Below, piece by piece: positions 19,420 to 27,899 of a stretch of 62,597 nt of DNA. Each line of letters opens with the position of its first letter. The stretch's first letter is position 1. The stretch spans positions 1-62,597 of the forward strand of contig CAZYDB010000001.1 in assembly GCA_964645995.1 (NCBI GenBank), read 5' to 3'. The notes under the pieces are model-generated. The model worked only from the letters and a program-made list of their open reading frames with translations, did not search any database and had not been told where the DNA came from. The DNA is from an uncultured Roseivirgaceae bacterium. Lineage in GTDB: Bacteria; Bacteroidota; Bacteroidia; Cytophagales; Cyclobacteriaceae. The position numbers were made by a program, and so were the translations under genes.

Positions 19420-20678
19420 GACCGGCTAATGGTTTTAGGATCGATCGCATCCCGTAATCCATTCCCTAACAAATTAAAAGATAAAACCATTAAAGATATA
19501 GCTAAACCTGGAAAAACTACCAGATGCCAGCTGTTTTTCGTACCCATCACATTGAAACCCTCAAATATCATGCTGCCCCAGGAAGGTGTTGGCGGCTGTA
19601 CACTCAATCCCAGGAAACTCAGGCCTGCTTCCAGCAAAATAGCAGCAGCAAAATTAGCTGTGGCTATTACGATCAGGGGGCCAATGATATTCGGGAGGAT
19701 GTGAACATATACAATCCTAATATCACGTATACCCATTGCCCGCGCTGCCTCGACAAATGTCTTTTCTTTTATCGTCATGATCTGCCCCCGGATTACACGC
19801 GCTACATCAACCCACATAGTGAGCCCCACGGCAACGAAGGCAACCCATACCCCACGGCTTTGAAGAGCAATACTAATGGCAATAACCAGCATTATACCCG
19901 GAATAGACCATACAACGGACATGAACCATAAAATGAGGTTATCGGTCCTGCCCCCGAAAAAACCGGCAAGGGCTCCCAGTCCCAAACCTAAGAACATTGA
20001 AATCAGAACAGCCACAAAGCCGATTGAAAGTGAGATCCTTGTGCCATAGATCAGGCGGCTTAACATATCCCTGCCCGACCTGTCAGTGCCAAGCCAATAA
20101 TGTCTTCTTTCGATATGTCCGGCTTCAAAACGATCAACCGTTTCCTCCAGCGATATATGGTTCACTTTCAGATCAGGGGAAACATACCAGGCCTGGTCGT
20201 CTTCAATCCTGATACTTTCTTTCACCGGCATCAGCTTAGAATCGCCAATATAAACCGGAAAAACTGCATTGATCAGATTAATTTCCTTTTGAATACCTTC
20301 CCTGCCATACTCTTCATATATTACTTTCCAGCCCTTAAGTGTATAATGGTTGACAGGGATGATATGAAAGGGACTTTCATTCCCCCCAATTGCTGTCATT
20401 ATCCACCCCTTCTTTCCGTCATTAATATTTTTTTTAATTTTAATAAAGAGCATGCTGAAGCCGGGTGGTTTTTTCTGGATCTGTACGGCACCATCATTTG
20501 CATCGGGAGTCGGATCGGGCATGATCAGATAGCCTGCGATCGCCACCAGAGAAGCAATGATGATCATGAACAAGCCGGTCATTGCAGGCTTATTCATGAT
20601 CAACCTTTTCCTAATATAATAATTTGGAGAACGACCGGCCGTCCTTTTATTCATCGTGCTTGGTGCTGTTATGTGCAA
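19416..20678 (-). CDS. ABC transporter permease, OppC/DppC-like, with enlarged extracytoplasmic loop
   Basis: WLGTDRSGRDMLSRLIYGTRISL and a BPD_transp_1 core. A hydrophilic insert of about 150 aa follows TM1. Probable start is MNKRTAGRS at 20654. Stop overlaps the phosphatase start (ATGA). Confidence 0.82.
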   Translation of the reverse strand: MHITAPSTMNKRTAGRSPNYYIRKRLIMNKPAMTGLFMIIIASLVAIAGYLIMPDPTPDANDGAVQIQKKPPGFSMLFIKIKKNINDGKKGWIMTAIGGNESPFHIIPVNHYTLKGWKVIYEEYGREGIQKEINLINAVFPVYIGDSKLMPVKESIRIEDDQAWYVSPDLKVNHISLEETVDRFEAGHIERRHYWLGTDRSGRDMLSRLIYGTRISLSIGFVAVLISMFLGLGLGALAGFFGGRTDNLILWFMSVVWSIPGIMLVIAISIALQSRGVWVAFVAVGLTMWVDVARVIRGQIMTIKEKTFVEAARAMGIRDIRIVYVHILPNIIGPLIVIATANFAAAILLEAGLSFLGLSVQPPTPSWGSMIFEGFNVMGTKNSWHLVVFPGLAISLMVLSFNLLGNGLRDAIDPKTISRS

Positions 20679-20913
20679 ATAATCCTTCTTTGGATGCCAT
20701 ATAATAGTAAGTCCGGTATTTTGTCTGAAGGTCTATTTCATCGCCGAAAATTTCTTCGTTTGGATCCTGAAAACACTTAAGCCATCCCTTTTGTAAAAGC
20801 TGATGAAGTGTATCCCTCAGCATATTATTCTCCCATTCCAGCTTATCCTCCAACTGTTTATACGACTGTATAAAATATAATTCATCCAGCAGGTCATATT
20901 CCAGGTCAGACAT
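20647..20913 (-). CDS. Hypothetical small acidic protein (88 aa)
   Basis: ORF packed between the GT2 and permease genes (3-nt gap upstream, overlap downstream). No motif recognised. Confidence 0.55.
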   Translation of the reverse strand: MSDLEYDLLDELYFIQSYKQLEDKLEWENNMLRDTLHQLLQKGWLKCFQDPNEEIFGDEIDLQTKYRTYYYMASKEGLFAHNSTKHDE

Positions 20914-20916
20914 TGT

Positions 20917-22047
20917 TTATTTCTTAAAGGTTCTTCCTTTCCATGAATAATGAGTCATATTTGACAATATACCAAACAAAACAGCATAAACCGAATAAAA
21001 TAATGAACAAATAACGAATGCTCCAAAATGCCACTTCCTGTTAAAAAAATTGAAAATATCCTTTAAAAGAATATATTCCAAAAGAATTTTTAAAAGCACC
21101 ATGATTACCAGGATGAGCGGTTCGATAACGCCGGCAGCCGTTAATATCACCACTGAAATAAATGAGGCATGCACCAGAAAAACATAGACTGCCAACAGGC
21201 TGGTCATTGTTTTTTTATACTTATTCCATTTCCCGGCCCAACGGATCCGTTGATGAAAAAATTCCTTCCCTGAGGACGCCGGATGAACGAGTACCAGATT
21301 ATTCTTTGCTTTTAAAAAGCTGACATCTCGTGGATAACGATCATGTATCTTCTCCAGGAGGAAAAGGTCATCACCGGAAGCAAATTCGTCATTCCCTTCA
21401 AAGCCGGCTACTTCCAGAAAGACGCTTTTACTGAATGAAAGGTTAGCGCCATTGCACATCGCAGGCCTTTGTATTTTCAGGCTTGCGGCTCCGGTAGCCA
21501 TCAGGCTGGCAAACTCGACGGCCTGAAGTTTTTCGAAAAAAGTCAAAGACTTATTGTACATGACCGGCCCGGCGATCATCTTGGGATTCCAGGCATGGTA
21601 AGCAGCCCGGTAACTCTCCAGCCAGTGAATACCTACCCGTGAATCGCCATCGGTAATAATTATATAATCCCCCTGAGCCAGCCTGACGCCTTCCGTTATT
21701 GCTGCTTTTTTGGGTGATCGTGTAATTTCAGGCCTGCCAGAAAGATCAATCAGATGTACAGGGCATCTCATTTTCTTTTTCTGGTTTTGGATGATCTCAA
21801 CTGTCTTGTCAGTTGAATGATCGTTCACAATGATCACCTCATAATGATCATGAGGATATTCCTGACCTTCAAGGTCGCTCAGCAAATAACCTATATGATC
21901 TTCCTCATTACGAACAGGGATTATTATAGAAAAGAAAAGCAGTTCACCCCCTGGTTCCGGAGTCGTGGAAAGTCCTTTCCAGCCCATCAAAACAAGGATA
22001 AGGAAGATAAAATACGTAAAAATAAGGATGCTGAAAAACAAGGTCAC
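20917..22047 (-). CDS. Family 2 glycosyltransferase, membrane-embedded synthase-like
   Basis: IIIPVRNEE, DGD and QRIRWAGKW (QxxRW) motifs, with N-terminal and C-terminal TM helices. Start codon at 22047 is GTG; an alternative ATG lies at 21987. Confidence 0.85.
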   Translation of the reverse strand: MTLFFSILIFTYFIFLILVLMGWKGLSTTPEPGGELLFFSIIIPVRNEEDHIGYLLSDLEGQEYPHDHYEVIIVNDHSTDKTVEIIQNQKKKMRCPVHLIDLSGRPEITRSPKKAAITEGVRLAQGDYIIITDGDSRVGIHWLESYRAAYHAWNPKMIAGPVMYNKSLTFFEKLQAVEFASLMATGAASLKIQRPAMCNGANLSFSKSVFLEVAGFEGNDEFASGDDLFLLEKIHDRYPRDVSFLKAKNNLVLVHPASSGKEFFHQRIRWAGKWNKYKKTMTSLLAVYVFLVHASFISVVILTAAGVIEPLILVIMVLLKILLEYILLKDIFNFFNRKWHFGAFVICSLFYSVYAVLFGILSNMTHYSWKGRTFKK

Positions 22048-22138
22048 TCACAAAGATAGTGTCATGTAAAACAGAAAAAGCCCCTTAATTTTAAAAAAAT
22101 GATAAAATCTTCCTAATATTAAACAAACTAATCTGATC

Positions 22139-22678
22139 ATGGATAGAATTATTTTAGGGATGGACCCGGGGACCAATACTATGGGATATGGTATTATCCA
22201 TGTAAAGAAATCCGATCTGCGTCTGGTACAATTTGGAGTTATTCATTTGCATAAATACAAAAATCATGAGATCAAGCTGAAAAGGATCTTTGAAAAGGTT
22301 CTTGGCTTATTGGATGAATATAAACCGGATGAAGTAGCTATTGAAGCGCCATTTTACGGGAAAAACATACAATCAATGTTGAAACTGGGCCGCGCTCAGG
22401 GGGTTGCCATGGCCGCTGTTTTATATCGGGGGATGCCGATCAGGGAGTATGCACCCAAAAAGATCAAACAGTCAGTTACAGGCAATGGAAATGCTTCCAA
22501 GGAGCAGGTCGCTAAAATGCTCCAGCAACTTCTCAATTTCACTGAAACACCCAAAATGCTGGATGCCACCGATGCTCTTGCTGTTGCCTTATGCCATATT
22601 TTCCAAAATCGATCAGGGGCCAGAAAGAACAAGTCCTGGCAGGCGTTCCTCACTGAGAACCCGGACAGACTTGCTTAA
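22139..22678 (+). CDS. ruvC: Crossover junction endodeoxyribonuclease RuvC
   Basis: [16 protein letters not shown], with catalytic acidic residues in a RuvC-like layout. 179 aa. Confidence 0.92.
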   Translation: MDRIILGMDPGTNTMGYGIIHVKKSDLRLVQFGVIHLHKYKNHEIKLKRIFEKVLGLLDEYKPDEVAIEAPFYGKNIQSMLKLGRAQGVAMAAVLYRGMPIREYAPKKIKQSVTGNGNASKEQVAKMLQQLLNFTETPKMLDATDALAVALCHIFQNRSGARKNKSWQAFLTENPDRLA

Positions 22679-23079
22679 TCCAATGCCTGAAAAGCTTCAT
22701 TTATTCTGGATGCCGTATCCTCAAACTCCTGCTGTGAAAGTTTAAGTTTTGGGCGACTGAAGTTGATGTCCTCCATGCTGTTTAGAGGCACCAGATGAAT
22801 ATGGGTATGCGGAACCTCCAGGCCTACAACTGCAAGGCCAATCCTTAAACACGGAACAGCCGACTCAATGGATCTGGCAACTTTCCTGGCAAAAAAATTC
22901 AGGCTTTTAAAATCTGCCTCCTCAAGGTCAAAATAATAATCCACAGGTTTCTTGGGTATCACGAGCGTATGTCCCTCCACCAATGGGTTGATATCAAGAA
23001 TGGCAATATTGTAATCATCTTCGGCTACAATATAGGCAGGGATCTCCCTGCTAATGATCTTTGTAAAAATGGTGCTCAT
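22675..23079 (-). CDS. HIT family protein (histidine triad nucleotide-binding)
   Basis: HTHIHLVP histidine triad. 134 aa. Confidence 0.9.
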   Translation of the reverse strand: MSTIFTKIISREIPAYIVAEDDYNIAILDINPLVEGHTLVIPKKPVDYYFDLEEADFKSLNFFARKVARSIESAVPCLRIGLAVVGLEVPHTHIHLVPLNSMEDINFSRPKLKLSQQEFEDTASRINEAFQALD

Positions 23080-23555
23080 TACTCTACGTTTATATCAAGA
23101 ATTTCGAAATCCATTTTGCCGGCCGGCACCTGGATGCTTACAACTTCACCTACTTTTTTACCCAGGAGTCCTTTGCCGATAGGTGATTGCACAGAGATCT
23201 TTCCCTTTTTCAGGTCCGCTTCTTCCTCGGCTACCAGCGTATAACTTACCTGGGCCCCGTTTAGTTGATTTTTAATCTTCACTTTGGAAAGTATTGATAC
23301 TTTTGAATGATCAAGTTGTGTGGGATCGATTACCCTTGCGTTACCAATGACCTGTTCCAATTGGGCAATTTTTGCTTCCATGTGTCCCTGCGCATCCTTG
23401 GCGGCATCATATTCGGCATTTTCACTGAGATCCCCCTTATCTCTTGCTTCGGCAATCTGCTTCGATATTTCTGCTCTTCCTTTTGTCTTTAGATGTTGTA
23501 GCTCAGCTTTCAATCTTTGAAGACCTTCTTCTGTATAATATGATACTTTTCCCAT
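23079..23555 (-). CDS. greA: Transcription elongation factor GreA
   Basis: GDLSENAEYDAAKD coiled-coil tip motif and a C-terminal FKBP-like domain. 158 aa. Confidence 0.95.
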   Translation of the reverse strand: MGKVSYYTEEGLQRLKAELQHLKTKGRAEISKQIAEARDKGDLSENAEYDAAKDAQGHMEAKIAQLEQVIGNARVIDPTQLDHSKVSILSKVKIKNQLNGAQVSYTLVAEEEADLKKGKISVQSPIGKGLLGKKVGEVVSIQVPAGKMDFEILDINVE

Positions 23556-23577
23556 CTTACAATTAATTTATAATAAG

Positions 23578-23673
23578 TAACGGTTCCAAGCTGAAACCGT
23601 TAGGATTAGCCCATTGAAAATTAAAAACCTAAAGGGTTTTCAGCCTTAGGCCTGATAAAAACCCTTTAGGTTT
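23578..23673 (-). promoter_or_regulatory. greA 5' leader with two stem-loops; the first is terminator-like (16-bp perfect stem plus U-rich tail)
   Basis: aaacctaaagggtttt(23625-40) pairs perfectly with aaaaccctttaggttt(23658-73). On the minus strand it is followed by TTAATTTTC. A second 8-bp hairpin is taacggtt(23578-85)/aaccgtta(23595-102). Confidence 0.5.
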
Positions 23674-23687
23674 GTTTTTTATGCTTA

Positions 23688-23718
23688 CAAAGTTACTAAA
23701 AGACTCCATTTTTACAAA
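23688..23718 (-). promoter_or_regulatory. Bacteroidota-type promoter for greA (-33 TTTG, 19-nt spacer, -7 TAACTTTG)
   Basis: Plus-strand caaagtta at 23688-95 and caaa at 23715-18 read on the minus strand as TTTG-N19-TAACTTTG. Confidence 0.5.
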
Positions 23719-23809
23719 CAAAATGGCCTCCCGCTTATAGAATTGACCAGGAATGGAGTGCTAATGTTAATTTTTAATAAAATATTTTTTTCTTCAAATC
23801 GAATAACGA

Positions 23810-23817
23810 TAGATTTG
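23810..23817 (+). promoter_or_regulatory. Candidate -7 box TAGATTTG for the BNR-repeat gene
   Basis: Match to TAnnTTTG 33 nt upstream of ATG 23850. No clear -33 element. Confidence 0.35.
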
Positions 23818-23849
23818 ACGGGTAGAACGGTTAAAAAAACGTTATAAAT

Positions 23850-26800
23850 ATGAAAAAATTATTACAGTCTAGTTTATTTTTATGCCTGTCGTTCAGCCTG
23901 TTTGCGCAGAAAAGCAGCAGCAACACTAATTCCACTGAAATCCTGTCCCGGGATCTGCTCAAGGATCTCAAATTCAGATCGGTTGGACCGGCTCTAACCT
24001 CAGGACGTATCGCCGATATCGCCATAAATCCTGAAAATGCCAATGAATGGTATATCGGAGTCGCCTCGGGAGGGGTCTGGAAAACAGTAAATGCCGGAAC
24101 TACCTGGTCGCCTCTTTTTGATGACCAGGGATCCTATTCCATCGGATGTATTACCATCGATCCCACCAATCCTCATATTATCTGGGTAGGAACCGGCGAA
24201 AACAATAACCAGCGGAGTGTTGCTTATGGCGACGGCGTTTACAAATCGATGGATGGGGGCAAGTCCTGGAAGCATATGGGCTTAAAGAACTCAGAACATA
24301 TCGGTAATATAGTTGTCCATCCGGCGAACTCTTCTATTGTATATGTCGCCGCATATGGTCCTTTATGGTCTGCCGGTGGCGATCGTGGTGTTTATAAATC
24401 AACTGATGGAGGTAAAAACTGGGAAAGGGTCCTTTTTATCAGTGACGATACAGGTATTAACGAAGTTCATCTCGATCCGAGGGATCCTGAAGTGCTCTAT
24501 GCTGCTGCACACCAGCGAAGAAGACATGTATTCACCTATATCAGCGGAGGCCCTGAATCAGCGATTTATAAATCGATTGACGGGGGCAGGAGTTGGGAAA
24601 AGATAATGAATGGAATGCCTGCCGGTGATGTGGGGAGGATCGGACTGGACGTATCACCGGTCAATCCTGATTATATATTTGCAATCGTTGAAGCTTCAGG
24701 CGATGAAGCCGGCTTTTACCGCTCCACCGACCGGGGACAGAGCTGGGAGAAATTAAGCAAGTATGTTACTTCAGGAAATTATTATCAGGAGATCTATTGT
24801 GATCCCGTCGATATCAACCGGATCTATGCCATGGATACCTGGCTTCATTACAGCGATAACGGGGGCAAAACCTTTACCATGCTGGGAGAGAAGTATAAAC
24901 ATGTGGATAATCATGCCATGTGGATCAACCCGGCAAAAAATGATCATTTTATCGTAGGAAGTGATGGGGGGCTTTATGAGTCATTCGATGGAGGAAAGAA
25001 CTGGGATTTCTTTTCAAATCTGCCGGTAACCCAGTTTTATAAAGTCAGCGTAGATAATGATTTCCCATTCTATAATATCAATGGAGGCACGCAGGATAAT
25101 TTCAGCATGGGTGGGCCTTCCAGAACCACCAATGCCGCCGGGATCGTTAATTCAGACTGGTATATTACCAACGGAGGCGATGGTTTTGAGTCGGTCACAG
25201 ATCCCGGAAACCCTGACATAGTGTATGCTCAATCACAATATGGATGGCTTGTCCGTTATGACAGGAAAAGCGGGGAAGCCATAGATATAAAACCGATGGA
25301 AAGAGCGGGTGAAGAGGCCTATCGTTGGAACTGGGATGCGCCACTGATCATTAGTCCCCACCTGTCATCCCGTATTTATTTTGCGGCGAACAAGGTGTTC
25401 CGCAGTGATGACAGAGGCAATAGCTGGGAGGTAATCAGCGATGACCTGACCCGTCAGCTTGATCGCAATAAAATCCCTGTAATGGGAAGAGTCTGGGGCA
25501 TGGATGCTGTTGCCAAGAATAAATCCACCTCCATTTATGGCAATATCGTCAGCCTTGATGAATCACCGCTCCAGGAGGGGTTGCTTTACGCCGGAACTGA
25601 TGACGGACTGGTAAATGTAACGCTTGACGGCGGCAATTCCTGGAGGAGCATTTCTTCTTTTCCGGGCATACCGGAGAGATCTTATGTTAATGCGTTGCTT
25701 ACCTCTCAACACTTGGCTGGCAGGGTGTATGCAGCTTTCAACAATCATAAAAACGGAGATTTCAGGCCATACATCCTGTGCAGTGATGATCAGGGGAGTT
25801 CATGGCGATCGATCAGCAGTAATTTACCTGAACGGGGATCAGTATACAGCCTGGCTGAGGATCATGGAAATCCGGACCTTCTTTTTGCAGGCACTGAATT
25901 CGGAGTGTTCTTTACAATAAACGGAGGATTGACCTGGACACAACTGAAGGGAGGGCTTCCGGTTATTGCCGTAAGAGATCTGGCAATCCAGAAAAGAGAG
26001 AACGACCTGGTCCTGGGCACTTTTGGAAGAGGCTTCTATGTGCTTGACGACTATACACTTCTCAGGCATTTATCGACGGACGTCTTAAATGCCGAAGCCC
26101 ATATCTTTCCGGTCAAAGACAGTTGGATGTTTCTTCAATCGAAACCCCTGGGGTTAAGGGGCAAGTCGTTCCAGGGTTCCGGGTACTATACCGCCAGTAA
26201 CCCACCTGTCGGCGCAGTCTTTACATATTATTTGAAAGACGACATCCAATCACTAAAAGAATCCAGAAAGGAAAAGGAGAAAGAATTGATTGAAAAGGGC
26301 GAAGATATATCTTATCCGCCATTTGACAGGATGAGGGAGGAAGATGATGAAATTAAGCCTAAATTGTTATTCACGATAAGGGATAACAAGGGAAATACTA
26401 TCCGGCAACTGGAGGCTGATCCACAAAAGGGTGTTCACCGCATCCATTGGGACTTTCATTATCCGGCGACAGCACCAGTCAGGCTGCAGCCGCCTGTCTT
26501 CGACAACCCCTTTTCAGAGCCTGATAAAGGACCGCTGGCTTTACCTGGCGAGTACACGGTTTCCCTATCCAGGCTCCAGGATGGGAAAGTAACCGAACTG
26601 GTGCCCCCCCGGTCTTTTAAAGCAGCTCTTCTCAATAATACAACCATGCCAGCAGAAAACAAGGAAGCTCTATTTGATTTCAAAGAAGATGTTTCCGAAT
26701 TTTACCGCGTTGTAAGTGCCACGGTTGAAACGCTTGAGGAAATAAAAGAAAAGGTTGAGTATATCCAAAAGGCTGTTAACCATACAACAGGCCTGCCGGT

Positions 26801-27131
26801 GGAAGTCTTTGAAAGAACAGCCGCCATCGATAATGAAATCAAGGATATAAACAGGAAACTTAATGGGGACAGGAGCCTCAGCAGCAGAGAATTTCCGGTT
26901 CCTCCATCCGTCACATCACGGATAGGAACAATTATAAATGGCTTATGGAGTTCCACCTCTGCACCTACGCAAACACAAAGAGAATCCCTGGAAATTGCAG
27001 AAAACCAGTTTATAGAAGTTTATAAAAGCATCAGAGAACTTGCTGAGGATAAAATTCCGGCATTAGAATCCGATCTTGAAAGGGCCGGCACTCCCTGGAC
27101 TCCCGGAAGATTACCCGAATGGGATAAATAA
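23850..27131 (+). CDS. Secreted BNR/Asp-box repeat protein, sortilin/VPS10-like (glycosyl-hydrolase-like beta-propellers)
   Basis: Signal peptide plus about 10 Asp-box motifs (SMDGGKSW, STDGGKNW, SIDGGRSW, STDRGQSW, SFDGGKNW, SDDRGNSW, TLDGGNSW, SDDQGSSW...). 1093 aa. Confidence 0.85.
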   Translation: MKKLLQSSLFLCLSFSLFAQKSSSNTNSTEILSRDLLKDLKFRSVGPALTSGRIADIAINPENANEWYIGVASGGVWKTVNAGTTWSPLFDDQGSYSIGCITIDPTNPHIIWVGTGENNNQRSVAYGDGVYKSMDGGKSWKHMGLKNSEHIGNIVVHPANSSIVYVAAYGPLWSAGGDRGVYKSTDGGKNWERVLFISDDTGINEVHLDPRDPEVLYAAAHQRRRHVFTYISGGPESAIYKSIDGGRSWEKIMNGMPAGDVGRIGLDVSPVNPDYIFAIVEASGDEAGFYRSTDRGQSWEKLSKYVTSGNYYQEIYCDPVDINRIYAMDTWLHYSDNGGKTFTMLGEKYKHVDNHAMWINPAKNDHFIVGSDGGLYESFDGGKNWDFFSNLPVTQFYKVSVDNDFPFYNINGGTQDNFSMGGPSRTTNAAGIVNSDWYITNGGDGFESVTDPGNPDIVYAQSQYGWLVRYDRKSGEAIDIKPMERAGEEAYRWNWDAPLIISPHLSSRIYFAANKVFRSDDRGNSWEVISDDLTRQLDRNKIPVMGRVWGMDAVAKNKSTSIYGNIVSLDESPLQEGLLYAGTDDGLVNVTLDGGNSWRSISSFPGIPERSYVNALLTSQHLAGRVYAAFNNHKNGDFRPYILCSDDQGSSWRSISSNLPERGSVYSLAEDHGNPDLLFAGTEFGVFFTINGGLTWTQLKGGLPVIAVRDLAIQKRENDLVLGTFGRGFYVLDDYTLLRHLSTDVLNAEAHIFPVKDSWMFLQSKPLGLRGKSFQGSGYYTASNPPVGAVFTYYLKDDIQSLKESRKEKEKELIEKGEDISYPPFDRMREEDDEIKPKLLFTIRDNKGNTIRQLEADPQKGVHRIHWDFHYPATAPVRLQPPVFDNPFSEPDKGPLALPGEYTVSLSRLQDGKVTELVPPRSFKAALLNNTTMPAENKEALFDFKEDVSEFYRVVSATVETLEEIKEKVEYIQKAVNHTTGLPVEVFERTAAIDNEIKDINRKLNGDRSLSSREFPVPPSVTSRIGTIINGLWSSTSAPTQTQRESLEIAENQFIEVYKSIRELAEDKIPALESDLERAGTPWTPGRLPEWDK

Positions 27132-27141
27132 CAAGAAAAAG

Positions 27142-27219
27142 AGTTGTCTCTAGCTGGTATTCCCCTGAAAAGAATTCAAGCACCAGGAGAATACCCGTTA
27201 ATTTGAGACAACTTTTTTT
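27142..27219. terminator. Nested bidirectional terminator between convergent genes
   Basis: Outer stem agttgtctc(27142-50)/gagacaact(27205-13) is flanked by an A-run on the left and a T-run on the right. Inner 12-bp stem ggtattcccctg/caggagaatacc has one mismatch. Confidence 0.6.
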
Positions 27220-27499
27220 ATATTTTTTTCATGCTTTTTTCAAAGGTCTCTATTGCCTTGTCGATAGAATCCAGCAGCTTCTGTGATACTTTTCTTGGAT
27301 TTTTCTTTTTATATTTTTTCAATTCCTCTAATGACTTTTGGGCATATTCATGTAAACCTACCGGGTTACCATCAAACCCATAACTCCCTAATACAAATTC
27401 GAGTTTTGATCGAATATCATAATAATTCTCATCTCCAATCTTTTCAAATTGAGCAAGAGAATCTTTACAGGCTTTCTCAAGTTTTTGATTATGGCTCAT
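27218..27499 (-). CDS. Hypothetical protein (93 aa, helical, Lys-rich C-terminus)
   Basis: Clean ORF with an ATG start. No family recognised from the sequence. Confidence 0.5.
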   Translation of the reverse strand: MSHNQKLEKACKDSLAQFEKIGDENYYDIRSKLEFVLGSYGFDGNPVGLHEYAQKSLEELKKYKKKNPRKVSQKLLDSIDKAIETFEKSMKKI

Positions 27500-27780
27500 G
27501 ATGTCGCTGTTTAAGTGTTAAAGATTATATTACACAAATTTCTTAATAACGAAAAACAAACAGAAAATGACTGTTTTATCAAATCATTAATTAACGATTG
27601 CGAAATTAATACATTGACACGTATTGATTAATTATTTTAAGACTGAATTATTTAAAATTGACCAATTGAAAAAATTGTTATGAAAAATTCGTATCAAATA
27701 TTACTGGGTATAATATAGGAAAATATTTCTATTATTAAAGAAATTTTTGTTTTAAATAATTTCGGGGAAGTCCCGATTAA

Positions 27781-27813
27781 TTTGTTCAAATCAGATAATA
27801 TCCTTTACATTTG
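27781..27813 (+). promoter_or_regulatory. Bacteroidota-type promoter (TTTG-N21-TACATTTG) upstream of the Ppx/GppA gene
   Basis: TTTG at 27781-84 and TACATTTG at 27806-13, about 87 nt upstream of ATG 27900. Confidence 0.5.
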
Positions 27814-27899
27814 CGTTTTGTTTCAAGGAGAATAACAATAATTTACAGGTTTGTTAACAATTTAATGTCTTTTCCTGTTACGAAGTAGATGTAAATTTG

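Noticed and set aside
20100-20780. 226-aa plus-strand ORF
   Set aside because: It is antisense to the OppC-like permease and the 88-aa gene, and its sequence has no recognisable domain. The minus-strand products have clear family signatures.
22051-22058. TATCTTTG box (minus strand) as the GT2 operon promoter
   Set aside because: It lies only 4 nt from the GTG start at 22047, which would require a leaderless mRNA or the downstream ATG at 21987. It has no -33 element, so it was judged too uncertain to list as a feature.
23625-23680. The greA-upstream hairpin read as a plus-strand terminator of an independent sRNA
   Set aside because: No plus-strand promoter-like TAnnTTTG lies between the greA start and the hairpin, whereas a good minus-strand promoter sits just upstream of it. 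This reading cannot be fully excluded without RNA data.
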